This document shows, in pieces, positions 1-7,963 of a DNA stretch of 25,198 nucleotides. The DNA comes from a virus (Duplodnaviria; Caudoviricetes), in the IMG/VR virus record IMGVR_UViG_3300004241_000049, positions 1 through 25,198 of that record; one strand, 5' to 3'. The notes beneath the pieces were generated by a model, which did no database searches, was not told the origin of the DNA, and saw only the letters and a list, made by a program, of their open reading frames with translations. The translations under genes and the position numbers were made by a program. Every line of letters starts with the position of its first letter. Within the stretch, counting starts at the first letter, position 1.

Positions 1-38
1 TTTAGCGGAGTATCAAGCGCCGTATCGCGCCTAAAAAG

Positions 39-60
39 TGGAGGTGAGGGGAGTCGAACC
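39..60 (-). other. att core: displaced 3' end of a tmRNA (ssrA) or tRNA-Ala gene (T-loop to discriminator), not an intact gene
   Basis: Minus strand reads GGTTCGACTCCCCT-CACCTCC-A: T-loop TTCGACT, 3' T-stem strand, acceptor strand CACCTCC (U70 of the G3-U70 alanine determinant) and discriminator A. The 5' T-stem strand is broken (TGAGG instead of AGGGG) and AT-rich DNA lies upstream, as expected of an integration scar. Confidence 0.85.
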
Positions 61-87
61 TCATTTAATAAAAAATAAGATATTATT

Positions 88-137
88 TATAAACAATTTA
101 GGAATGATGACATTTTTTGTCGCAAATTATTCGCAAA
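88..137. promoter_or_regulatory. Putative att arm: IHF-like site and tandem integrase arm-type repeats
   Basis: TATAAACAATTTA (88-100) has one mismatch to the IHF consensus WATCAANNNNTTR. TCGCAAA direct repeats at 120-126 and 131-137 lie in an AT-rich stretch next to the att core. Confidence 0.45.
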
Positions 138-138
138 A

Positions 139-1158
139 TCAGAAGCACCTTGTTTTGCGCACCGTCTTCTTATAAAGGCCTGTTTCGACGCGCTCAAGTT
201 CGGTCTCGGCGCAGGTGTAGAGCTCTCTATCGGTAATACGCTGCTTCCATGTTGATATGCTCGGCGTGGTGTATTGCGAGATGGTATCCGTCTCCGCGCC
301 CGTGCCATCGGATACGGTTTCTTTGGCGTCGGGATCGGGCAGTTCGGCATGAAAGGTTATGAGCTTGGTTACATTGCGTATCACATTGCGCGCCGAGGAT
401 TGAGAGTAATCCTTTATGAGGAACCAATCGCCTACGCCAAAGAGGCCGCCGATTATAAACGGATTGAGGTTTGCCCCGTCTTGGGCCGTGGCATTGGTTA
501 TCGCTGTAGCCTCAAAAACAATCTCCTTTGTGGCGGGATTGATGGAGATGATATTTGTGCGCGCGCTATAAAAATGATAATACCACATACTGCCTACGCT
601 TCGATATGGGCGGTCAAGGTGTATTGCGTCCCCAACGGAAAATTTCCCGACATCCGAGGCGTTTGTAAGTATTACTTTGAATTGATTTTCAAGGGTATCA
701 TAAGAGCCGCCCGAAATTGCGCAAGTGGCCGCGCCGCTTGGGTCGAGCTTGCCGAACTGCTGAACCATCTCTGCGGCGTAATCGTAATAAGTTTTGGGAA
801 CGCGCGCGCCCCCATCGTCAAGCATTGTGGGCGCATAGCCGTAAAGCTCCGTAATTTTATACACATCTTCGCCCTCAAGCAAGACTTGCTCCGTCTCTGA
901 TATGAGTTTGAACTTTACACCGTCCGCAAGCAGAGAATCAAACGTGCGTAAAATGAGCGCATCGGAAAATATAAAATTGCCGTTAAAGGCCTTTTGCCTC
1001 AAGTCCAGCTGTTGCCCGAGGCGCGTAATGAAGGCGTCCCTGTGTATGTAATAGTCAAGCTCCACAAAGTAGTTTGTCCTATCGCCATACTGGCTAAAGT
1101 AAAAATTGCGCCTGTAAAGGTCATCATAGCACGGTTGTGTAAGTGTTTTATTTGCCAT
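139..1158 (-). CDS. Putative minor tail/tail-tip protein (339 aa), last gene before att
   Basis: Long ORF whose start overlaps the tape measure stop; aromatic, beta-rich composition. Function inferred from position only. Confidence 0.6.
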   Translation of the reverse strand: MANKTLTQPCYDDLYRRNFYFSQYGDRTNYFVELDYYIHRDAFITRLGQQLDLRQKAFNGNFIFSDALILRTFDSLLADGVKFKLISETEQVLLEGEDVYKITELYGYAPTMLDDGGARVPKTYYDYAAEMVQQFGKLDPSGAATCAISGGSYDTLENQFKVILTNASDVGKFSVGDAIHLDRPYRSVGSMWYYHFYSARTNIISINPATKEIVFEATAITNATAQDGANLNPFIIGGLFGVGDWFLIKDYSQSSARNVIRNVTKLITFHAELPDPDAKETVSDGTGAETDTISQYTTPSISTWKQRITDRELYTCAETELERVETGLYKKTVRKTRCF

Positions 1159-3769
1159 CTTTTTTACCCTCTGCCAAAGCTTTAATGTTTCTGTCTATGC
1201 TCTCCAAAAGTTTTTTTGAATCTTCCGTAAGCCGTCTGCTCTCTTCCAAAATTTTCTTTTGCTCTTCGACGGAACGCTCGGCGACGGGCTTGTCGCCCCC
1301 AAGGTTTTGTTTTTTCTGCGCCTTTGGATCAGCGGGTTTTACGCCGCTGATTTCTGCCGCCTTGGCCGCTTGCGCAGAAATTGAGCCCATTATCTTGTTT
1401 GCCGAGGGCGGTTGCGGAACACCCTTACCCTTTTTGACATCGTCCCAACTCAAGCTTGCGGGCTTGCCCTTTTCGCCGAACATTTCAAGGGCGCGCGCTG
1501 AAACCGTTGCGCGCGGGCGGCGCGTTGCCCCCGCGTCTGCGCCCATTGAAGATATTGCCGATTGCTTCTCGGCAAATAGGGGGCTGTTATCGCCCTTGCG
1601 CCTCTGGGATGGACTTGAACCCCCTTTGGGGGCGCTACCTACCCCGCCGCCATCCTCGGTCTTTGAGGCACGTTTTTCGGCGTCTGAGACGCTTTTAATC
1701 ATCTGGGCGGCATACTTAGGGTCAAAGCCTTCCTCAATGAGTTTTTTCAGGTCTTGCGCCTGCTGCTTGGCGGCTTCGAGCTGCTCCACAAGCAGCATAT
1801 TACCGGCGGCCTTCGCCTGTGCGATTTTTAAGCGGTAGATGTAATCCTCAATTGTGGACTCCCTGTTCTTAAGTTGCTCACGCTCTTTTTCTATACGCAA
1901 GGCTTCATCCTCAAGCTTCACGCGATCTCGCGCTGTTTTAAGGGCGGTATCCTCAAGGGCGCGCAACTGCTCTTTTGTCATCTTTTCAGTCTTGAAAGTT
2001 TCAAGATAATCTTTCGCATATTGCGCAATCTTTTTTTGATTTTCCGCGCTCTTAATACCCTCTTTATCCCCGCTGATACGCGCGCGCAAGATAGCCAACT
2101 CGATATTGTAATTCCTTACCGATTCTGCGGTCTTTTCGCGCTGAGATTTTATAGAATCCGCAAGAGTCTTTTTTTGCGCCGACAACTTATCGAGTTTTTC
2201 GCCCTCGATAGCGAGCTCATTTGCAACTTCAAGTCTTACCTCGCCCTTTGATTCATTAAACTCTTTTTGTAGACGCGAAACTTTTTCAAACTGCTTTGAA
2301 TAATCGCCCATTATTACCCTAAGTTTTTCTTCCGCGCTTCCGCTTTCAAGTATGTGTTTTTTGCGGGCTTCCTCAAATTTCAGATTGGCTGAATTTGTAT
2401 TGTCTTCTTCGCGAATCCGCTTAAGGGCTTGATAATTGTCGTAGTTTTTCATCAAAATGCGCTGCAATTCTTCATAAGCCTTAATCTCCTTGAATATTGC
2501 AGAATCATTCAACCCCTGCCCCTGGGCTTCCTTTAGGCGTTTGTATGCGTCTGTAATCCTTGCGCTTGTTTCGATCTGTATCGCGTAAATTTCTTGCCAC
2601 GTTGCGCCCGTTTGCCCTAAAAGTTGCATATCGGCGGCGGCTTGTGCGGCGTTGGATTGAGCAAGCCCGTCAACGCTTGCTTGAAGCTCATCAAGCTTTT
2701 CTTTTGCGGCCTGCGCGCTGTTTGCCCATGCTTCAAACGCGTAAGTCAGCCCTAAAACAATAAGTCCGATTCCCGATGTTATAAAGGCGCTCTTAAGCGC
2801 AATCCCCAAACCGCTTACAACGGGAGTCGCAACCGCCGCAGCGGTGCCCACCGCCTCGGTTGACGCAGCGGCAGCTGTTGCGGCAGCGGCGCTCCCCGAC
2901 ATTGACAATTTCACAAGTTTAAAAAGTGCAGAAACTTTTTCGAGCCCGCCAATTTTCTGAAAGGTAAATGCTATCGCAAGGCTTATGAGGGCGCGGCTTA
3001 AAATTATAGTCATTTCTTTATTTTCGGAAAGAAATTCCGCCATAACCCTTAACGCCTCCGAAACACTTTTTACTATGGGCGCAAAGCCCTCTCCGAGAAC
3101 TTCTGAAACATCCCCCCATGCGTTGGAAAGCTGTTGCAGATTGCCAAGGGAGCCGCGCGCCTCTTCGCGAGCCTGCTTAAAGCCATTAGCGGCGAGCTCC
3201 TGAACCCTCGCAAGCTTTTCGGCCTCCGTTTTACATTGGCGGAGCGTGGGGATGTATTCTGTCAACATTTTTACGTTCCCCTGAAATGCGGCAGACGCTG
3301 CCTTGACCGCAGTATTAACATCCATGCCAAGCGCGCTTGAGAGGCCTATTGCATTTGTTATTACGTGTTCCATCTGCCCGGCCCCGACGCCCATTGAGGC
3401 GGCAAAGGCTTGCATGGATATTATCTGCTCATCGCCGTAAATCGTAATCTTTTGCATCCTTGACGCAAACTCCGTCAAGGCGGGGAGCATGTCCCCCGAA
3501 ATATTGCTATAACGCTGTAAGGCTACATTAAGTTTTGCAACGGCTTGCTCTTGGACGCCGAACGCCCTTATCGTCCCCATCATTTTATCGGGAAAGGATA
3601 GGACAAAGTCGCTTATTTTAGCGCCTATATTAAGATTGAAGCCTGCCTCAAGTTGCTCTCTAGTGTTGGCTAGCTCCTCCTGCAAATTATGTAATTCTTC
3701 TTGGGCTTCTTTTAAATCTGCAACATCGGCTTCTATTTTTAACAGTATTTCATATATGTCATTTGTCAT
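1148..3769 (-). CDS. Tail tape measure protein (873 aa)
   Basis: Longest ORF, Ala/Lys/Glu-rich and helical. TMP-type segment QEQAVAKLNVALQ...FASRMQKITIYGDEQII...LQQLSNAWGDVSEVLG, a central hydrophobic Ala-rich stretch, and a position downstream of a frameshifted chaperone pair. Confidence 0.9.
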   Translation of the reverse strand: MTNDIYEILLKIEADVADLKEAQEELHNLQEELANTREQLEAGFNLNIGAKISDFVLSFPDKMMGTIRAFGVQEQAVAKLNVALQRYSNISGDMLPALTEFASRMQKITIYGDEQIISMQAFAASMGVGAGQMEHVITNAIGLSSALGMDVNTAVKAASAAFQGNVKMLTEYIPTLRQCKTEAEKLARVQELAANGFKQAREEARGSLGNLQQLSNAWGDVSEVLGEGFAPIVKSVSEALRVMAEFLSENKEMTIILSRALISLAIAFTFQKIGGLEKVSALFKLVKLSMSGSAAAATAAAASTEAVGTAAAVATPVVSGLGIALKSAFITSGIGLIVLGLTYAFEAWANSAQAAKEKLDELQASVDGLAQSNAAQAAADMQLLGQTGATWQEIYAIQIETSARITDAYKRLKEAQGQGLNDSAIFKEIKAYEELQRILMKNYDNYQALKRIREEDNTNSANLKFEEARKKHILESGSAEEKLRVIMGDYSKQFEKVSRLQKEFNESKGEVRLEVANELAIEGEKLDKLSAQKKTLADSIKSQREKTAESVRNYNIELAILRARISGDKEGIKSAENQKKIAQYAKDYLETFKTEKMTKEQLRALEDTALKTARDRVKLEDEALRIEKEREQLKNRESTIEDYIYRLKIAQAKAAGNMLLVEQLEAAKQQAQDLKKLIEEGFDPKYAAQMIKSVSDAEKRASKTEDGGGVGSAPKGGSSPSQRRKGDNSPLFAEKQSAISSMGADAGATRRPRATVSARALEMFGEKGKPASLSWDDVKKGKGVPQPPSANKIMGSISAQAAKAAEISGVKPADPKAQKKQNLGGDKPVAERSVEEQKKILEESRRLTEDSKKLLESIDRNIKALAEGKKDGK

Positions 3770-3819
3770 GGTCGTTTTGCGTTGACTTTTTTATTTATGT
3801 TTAAAAACTTAAATCAGAA

Positions 3820-4011
3820 ATGGAAATACTAGGCACATTATGGAATGTTTTTTCAGAGGTCTTTTTCGTTTTATTAGGCCTATTCCTTTTCGTTGTGTTT
3901 TTCTTGGGGCCTTCTTTTGTTATTTGGGCTTTTTTAATGGAGTATATATTTCCAAAAAATAAAAAAAACTGGAATATCGGACGCATTATCGCTCCAAGGC
4001 GCAGATTTTAA
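3820..4011 (+). CDS. Small membrane protein (63 aa), moron-like, opposite strand
   Basis: Fills the AT-rich gap between chaperone and tape measure. Long hydrophobic segment (VFFVLLGLFLFVVFFLGPSFVIWAFLM) followed by a basic tail; TTGACT at 3782-3787 upstream. Confidence 0.6.
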   Translation: MEILGTLWNVFSEVFFVLLGLFLFVVFFLGPSFVIWAFLMEYIFPKNKKNWNIGRIIAPRRRF

Positions 4012-4019
4012 TTTGCCGT

Positions 4020-4307
4020 TCACCTTGCCAATCCCTCCGCGATTTTACTGTCCAATGTTGCGGCGTGCGCCCTGAAAGCGTCTATGCGGTTGACTGTGCG
4101 CATTACCCCTATTGCGTCCGAGATGTATTTGAGACGCGCTGGGCTGTAATCAAGAAGCGTATCCCAATCAAGCCCGCTCATAACGCATAGCAGTGCTATG
4201 TGCTCGCACCATTCGCGCCAAGGGTCTGCACCGTTTGCGCGCTCTCTGAGCTTTCTGCGTATAGACTCTGGAGTTTCTGCGCGGCCTCCTTGCGCCGTTT
4301 GAGCCAT
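4020..4307 (-). CDS. Tail assembly chaperone C-terminal extension (gpT-like), probably expressed by -1 frameshift from 4196-4552
   Basis: Lies in the -1 frame relative to the overlapping upstream ORF. Short helical ...SGLDWDTLLDYSPARL... segment; last minus-strand ORF before the tape measure, as with lambda G-T. Confidence 0.65.
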   Translation of the reverse strand: MAQTAQGGRAETPESIRRKLRERANGADPWREWCEHIALLCVMSGLDWDTLLDYSPARLKYISDAIGVMRTVNRIDAFRAHAATLDSKIAEGLAR

Positions 4308-4552
4308 CTGGAAAAAGGGGGCAAGTTCAACTCTCCCCCTTTCGCAAAGAGCAGCTCAAAATCTTCTATCAGAAGCGCGTCCATTTCTTCGGGCTTGAGC
4401 CCTGTGCAAAGCTCCACCATCTGCGGCTCGTTATCGAGCGCAAGAAGCAAGTCAGGAAACTTGCGGACGGGCAGCTGTTTTACCTGTATTTCGCGGCCGT
4501 CGGATAATTTTACAATTTCCCAGCCGAGTAGTGTCCCTAATGATTCTTCCAT
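4196..4552 (-). CDS. Tail assembly chaperone (gpG-like, 118 aa)
   Basis: Small acidic protein (GREIQVKQLPVRKF...) overlapping a -1 frame ORF, with in-frame slippery heptamer C CCT TTT at 4319-4313. Confidence 0.75.
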   Translation of the reverse strand: MEESLGTLLGWEIVKLSDGREIQVKQLPVRKFPDLLLALDNEPQMVELCTGLKPEEMDALLIEDFELLFAKGGELNLPPFSRWLKRRKEAAQKLQSLYAESSESAQTVQTLGANGAST

Positions 4553-4557
4553 GTTTT

Positions 4558-4839
4558 TTATTCTCCGTGTTTTTTATTTGTGAGGGGGCAACCCCCGGGG
4601 CGATGCTCTTCCTTTGCGGCGCAAGTGCGCGGCTTTACTCCGCTTTTCAGACAAAGATTGCAAAGCTCTTGACGCGCTCTTTGCGCCTCAAGGCTGTCCT
4701 TGTAACGCTTATGCCAATTGCCCCAAAGCGTAATGGCTAAGCCCGCCAAGGCGATAAACCACAGCCGAAGGTCTTCAGTTGTGATGGTTGCGATGCTCGC
4801 CGCAAAGAGGGATAAAGAGTTGCCCGTTGTCCGTATCAT
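4558..4839 (-). CDS. Holin-like membrane protein with Cys-rich C-terminus (93 aa; start reassigned to ATG 4839)
   Basis: MIRTTGNSLSLFAASIATIT...LWFIALAGLAITLWGNWHKRYK gives one or two hydrophobic helices followed by basic residues. The ORF-track extension to 4980 overlaps the neighbouring gene. Confidence 0.5.
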   Translation of the reverse strand: MIRTTGNSLSLFAASIATITTEDLRLWFIALAGLAITLWGNWHKRYKDSLEAQRARQELCNLCLKSGVKPRTCAAKEEHRPGGCPLTNKKHGE

Positions 4840-4862
4840 GTGTGATGCTTTCGGTTTGTTTT

Positions 4863-4888
4863 GCCCCCGCGCCCTAAGACGCGGAGGC
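4863..4888 (-). promoter_or_regulatory. Intergenic RNA hairpin between the two holin-like genes
   Basis: Minus strand GCCTCCGCGTC-TTAG-GGCGCGGGGGC forms an 11-bp stem with two G-U pairs that only form on the minus transcript; no U-tract follows. Confidence 0.5.
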
Positions 4889-4897
4889 TTAAGGTTG

Positions 4898-5089
4898 TTA
4901 AAATAGGAAGCTCTTGATAACTTCCAGTATCGCACCCACCCAAGATGTGTTCTCTTCAAGAACTCCACCGAGCGCAACAAGAACGGTGCCTATGCCCGCC
5001 CCAATGATTGCACCCTTAGACGTGAGATAAGCGCCCATCTTCTTCTTGCCGTCATTGACGGCGGTTTGATTGTTTGCCGGCTCGGACAT
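4898..5089 (-). CDS. Small membrane protein, holin/antiholin-like (63 aa; start reassigned to ATG 5089)
   Basis: MSEPANNQ...KKKMGAYLTSKGAIIGAGIGTVLVALGGVL...WVGAILEVIKSFLF: basic patch, a Gly-rich transmembrane helix and an amphipathic C-terminal helix. Start lies right after the upstream stop at 5091. Confidence 0.55.
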   Translation of the reverse strand: MSEPANNQTAVNDGKKKMGAYLTSKGAIIGAGIGTVLVALGGVLEENTSWVGAILEVIKSFLF

Positions 5090-5090
5090 G

Positions 5091-5546
5091 TTATTTTTCC
5101 TCCGTCGCAGACGTTGCAGTACTGCCGCTGTTTGATGTGGTTTCATTGTTGTTGCCCTCGGCAATTATGCCGTCCTTGGTGACTTCAATACTATACTTTT
5201 GAGCCTCCCACGAGGCAGGGAGCGCCGCCACAAAACCGTTACCGTATTGGCTGTCCTGCGTGAGGATTGCGGAATTGTCTATTGAGCCGCCGTTGAGTCC
5301 GTATGAGTTTGTGGACGCGTTGACGCCGACATTCGCAAACCACCCGCCCTGTTTAATGGCAAGGTTGGTTTTGGTTGCCTCTTTGGCCAAAACAACTATG
5401 GCGCTTTCGGATGTCTTCGTTTCCTTGACAGATGTAACGGTTACGCCGTCTGCGGCGTAGCTGGTCTCGGTTATGGTGGTGGTATTGCACCCCGCCAACA
5501 TGAGCGCGGCAAAAGCCGCAGTGAATATGTATGCCATTATTTTCAT
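5091..5546 (-). CDS. Lipoprotein of unknown function (151 aa)
   Basis: MKIMAYIFTAAFAALMLAG-C is a type II signal with lipobox LAGC. SD-like AAGGA upstream; beta-rich body and Ser/Thr-rich tail. Confidence 0.8.
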   Translation of the reverse strand: MKIMAYIFTAAFAALMLAGCNTTTITETSYAADGVTVTSVKETKTSESAIVVLAKEATKTNLAIKQGGWFANVGVNASTNSYGLNGGSIDNSAILTQDSQYGNGFVAALPASWEAQKYSIEVTKDGIIAEGNNNETTSNSGSTATSATEEK

Positions 5547-5556
5547 AGTGTAATCC

Positions 5557-6327
5557 TTACTTGTATTTGCCCTTTTCTACGGCAAGGTTGAGGTAAAGCT
5601 GCGAGAGTCTTTCGATTTTGGTTTGAAGTTTTTGAAGCTGCGTATTGGTGTCGACCGCGCTTAGGTAATACTTCGCAAATAGTATTTCGCAGGTGGCGAG
5701 CTTGTCCTTTATTGCGGCGGGTTCGCGGGTTTCGCCTTGGCTGTTCAGAAAGTCCACATATAGGCCTAATGCGGATGCGCCGCCGGCCTCGGCAAGAACA
5801 TTGCCGATTGCGCAATTCCAAAGATATTCGGAATCCTTCGCGTATTGCGCGGACAAAAATTTAAGTTTATCCGAAACTTCTTGCCCGTCGATTTTAAAGC
5901 CGCCGCTCTTGAAGCTTGAGTATGCCGTAGGGTCTTCTATCTCCTTGCGCTTCCAATATTCGCCGTTGAGCGTGGCGATAAGCGCAAGGTCGCTCCACCC
6001 TTCAAGCAAGTCGGGGCGGCAGAATGCGGCGCGCTGAAATATCGCTTGGGTTGCGGCATAGGCTGCGGCCTGAGCTTCTGTTATAGCGGGCTTTGCGGCC
6101 TTGGGCAGGGCTTGCGCAATAAATGCGGGGTTGCTTTTTTGCGCGTCAAGTATGGTCTTAACGTCGGCGGCGTTAGCGTCTATTACCGCTGTGAAAGCTT
6201 CGCGCGGGGCGCTCGGATTTGCGGTTGAAACGGCTTTGATTTCTGCCGTGATTTCGGCGGCAGTTTTTGCGTAGCAGGAAAGCCCCGCAAAGAGCGCCAA
6301 GGTGATAGCTATGATTTTTTTATACAT
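5557..6327 (-). CDS. Exported alpha-helical protein of unknown function (256 aa)
   Basis: Sec-type signal MYKKIIAITLALFAGLSCYA; Ala-rich helices and a C-terminal coiled-coil-like segment TQLQKLQTKIERLSQLYLNL. Confidence 0.75.
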   Translation of the reverse strand: MYKKIIAITLALFAGLSCYAKTAAEITAEIKAVSTANPSAPREAFTAVIDANAADVKTILDAQKSNPAFIAQALPKAAKPAITEAQAAAYAATQAIFQRAAFCRPDLLEGWSDLALIATLNGEYWKRKEIEDPTAYSSFKSGGFKIDGQEVSDKLKFLSAQYAKDSEYLWNCAIGNVLAEAGGASALGLYVDFLNSQGETREPAAIKDKLATCEILFAKYYLSAVDTNTQLQKLQTKIERLSQLYLNLAVEKGKYK

Positions 6328-6336
6328 GTTTATGTC

Positions 6337-6804
6337 CTATTTTTTGGGTTTTTGATATTGGTTAAAAAGTGAGTTAATTTTGAGGTAGTTCTTTTTTACG
6401 GTCTCGGTGTCGATGTCCGCGTCTTCAGTCTGCCTCAAAAGAAAGTAAGAGTAAGTGGCCGCATAAACTTTGCTTATGGCTAGCGGCACGGTGGGGTGTT
6501 CGTAATAAAGCTCCTGCCAAAACAGCTGAACCCGTTCGCCCCGCGTTAGACTTGGCCTATCGCCCATAGCGGATAAAACTTCATTGATGCGCGGGGATGT
6601 AAGCACAAAGCATTGCTCTATGCGCGGTTTGCGCGTAGCCTCTGGGGCTACAATTTCTATGACGACAGCGCGTTCATAATTGACGCGCTTAACGTCTGAA
6701 AGCTCAAGTTCAAGCGCGCGGCGCGATGTTTCATAACGGCCTTGCGCGGGGCAAGCTACGCACCCGCCGAGCAGGGTTAAAGCTATAAGTGTAAGTATTT
6801 TCAT
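6337..6804 (-). CDS. Exported protein or lipoprotein of unknown function (155 aa; start reassigned to ATG 6804)
   Basis: MKILTLIALTLLGGCVACPAQ signal (possible lipobox LGGC). ATG overlaps the upstream TAA (TAATG at 6806-6802). Confidence 0.7.
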   Translation of the reverse strand: MKILTLIALTLLGGCVACPAQGRYETSRRALELELSDVKRVNYERAVVIEIVAPEATRKPRIEQCFVLTSPRINEVLSAMGDRPSLTRGERVQLFWQELYYEHPTVPLAISKVYAATYSYFLLRQTEDADIDTETVKKNYLKINSLFNQYQKPKK

Positions 6805-7421
6805 TATTGTTCGTAGATAAGGGTTAGAGGAACGGGTCTCCAAATTTTGCCGCCGTAGTAGTCGACCTCGGCTTCGACGGGGTTTGAGCGCCAGACAATG
6901 ACATAGTTGTCGGGGTCTAAAAATGCCGCGCGCACCCAAGCTTGGGTAAAGTCGGGCTTAAAGATTATCCCGCAAAGCTGAATGTGGGAGCTTTCCCCAA
7001 ACCAAGAATTAAAATAAACGCCGAGGCAGGTTATGGACTCTCCCGCCGTCTTATACGGGTATTCGTTCATGTTGCGCCCATCCTCGCTGCCGCTTGAATA
7101 GTTAAAATATACCTTGGCATTGTTGTCAGTAATGCCTGGGTGGGAGGCCGCGAAACTGGCGAGCCCCGCCCTATGTGTTGAAAAAAAGTAGACGCAAACT
7201 TGATGAGTGCGGCTCATAACCTTAACTTCAAAATCTGTCCAAATTTTTTCAGCGTCGCTCAAGTCGATTATAAGCTGCGCGTCTTTAATGACTGCGCCTC
7301 CGCCTACGCTTGAGCCGTTGGGCAACTTGCCGTCTTCGTCAACCATGAGCGGGTAATATTGCTTTGCGCAAAGCGTGTTGAGCGCGCAAAATACAACGAT
7401 AATTGCGGTTAAGGTTTTCAT
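6804..7421 (-). CDS. Signal-peptide-bearing beta-rich protein (205 aa)
   Basis: MKTLTAIIVVFCALNTLCA signal-like N-terminus; ATGA overlap with the upstream gene. Confidence 0.7.
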   Translation of the reverse strand: MKTLTAIIVVFCALNTLCAKQYYPLMVDEDGKLPNGSSVGGGAVIKDAQLIIDLSDAEKIWTDFEVKVMSRTHQVCVYFFSTHRAGLASFAASHPGITDNNAKVYFNYSSGSEDGRNMNEYPYKTAGESITCLGVYFNSWFGESSHIQLCGIIFKPDFTQAWVRAAFLDPDNYVIVWRSNPVEAEVDYYGGKIWRPVPLTLIYEQ

Positions 7422-7963
7422 TGCGGTGTTTCCTTGGGATAAAGGGTTGGAATGTTTTTTATGTCTTTAATTGAAACTTGATGATACCTGCCCTCTTCGC
7501 TTTTAAGCATGAGTTTGTCTGCATAAACGGAGCCGCCGCGCGCCTGAATGACAGAGCCGCTTAAAGCGGAAATTTTTACGTTGCCGGAGGAAAAGGCGTA
7601 TGTGCGCGGCGCGGCCTCTCCCGCAAACTGCAAGCTTGCAGAAAACGCAAAAGAAAATACCCCCGCACCAAAAACCTCCGTATCAACTTCAAAGCTTGCG
7701 TGAGAATCCGCAAAGGCGTCCCACTTACCAAAGTTGAAGTCTTGCGTAATATCGCTTTCAAGCGCGAGCGCTCCGACGTTTAAAAAGGCCTTCTTTATGA
7801 ACTGCGCGGGCACAAGGCTTCTGCGCTCATCAAAGTAGGCAACCCTTAAGGCGTACTTGTTGCCCGCCACAAGCTCAATGGGACGCCCCGTGCGCGCGCT
7901 TAAGAGGTGCGGACGCGTGCGGTTATAAACCGCCTCTGTCCAATATGTGCCGAGCGTGCTCAT
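7418..7963 (-). CDS. Putative tail appendage/baseplate adaptor (181 aa), paralogue of the C-terminal domain of 7960-9744
   Basis: Shares WxAxAx[ST]HASF and GxYH-x6-I-x3-P-x2-YP motifs with the upstream protein; ATGA overlap. Confidence 0.6.
   Translation of the reverse strand: MSTLGTYWTEAVYNRTRPHLLSARTGRPIELVAGNKYALRVAYFDERRSLVPAQFIKKAFLNVGALALESDITQDFNFGKWDAFADSHASFEVDTEVFGAGVFSFAFSASLQFAGEAAPRTYAFSSGNVKISALSGSVIQARGGSVYADKLMLKSEEGRYHQVSIKDIKNIPTLYPKETPQ

Noticed and set aside
1-120. Intact tRNA or tmRNA gene
   Set aside because: Only the T-loop and 3' acceptor strand are present; no D-arm, anticodon arm or 5' acceptor strand.
3782-3815. Full sigma70 promoter for the plus-strand moron
   Set aside because: TTGACT is a good -35, but no convincing -10 lies at 16-18 bp spacing, so it is not listed as a feature.
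5091-5546. Unimolecular spanin call for the lipoprotein
   Set aside because: It has a lipobox and beta-rich body but lacks the C-terminal transmembrane helix required of T1 gp11-type u-spanins; no nested Rz/Rz1 pair is evident.
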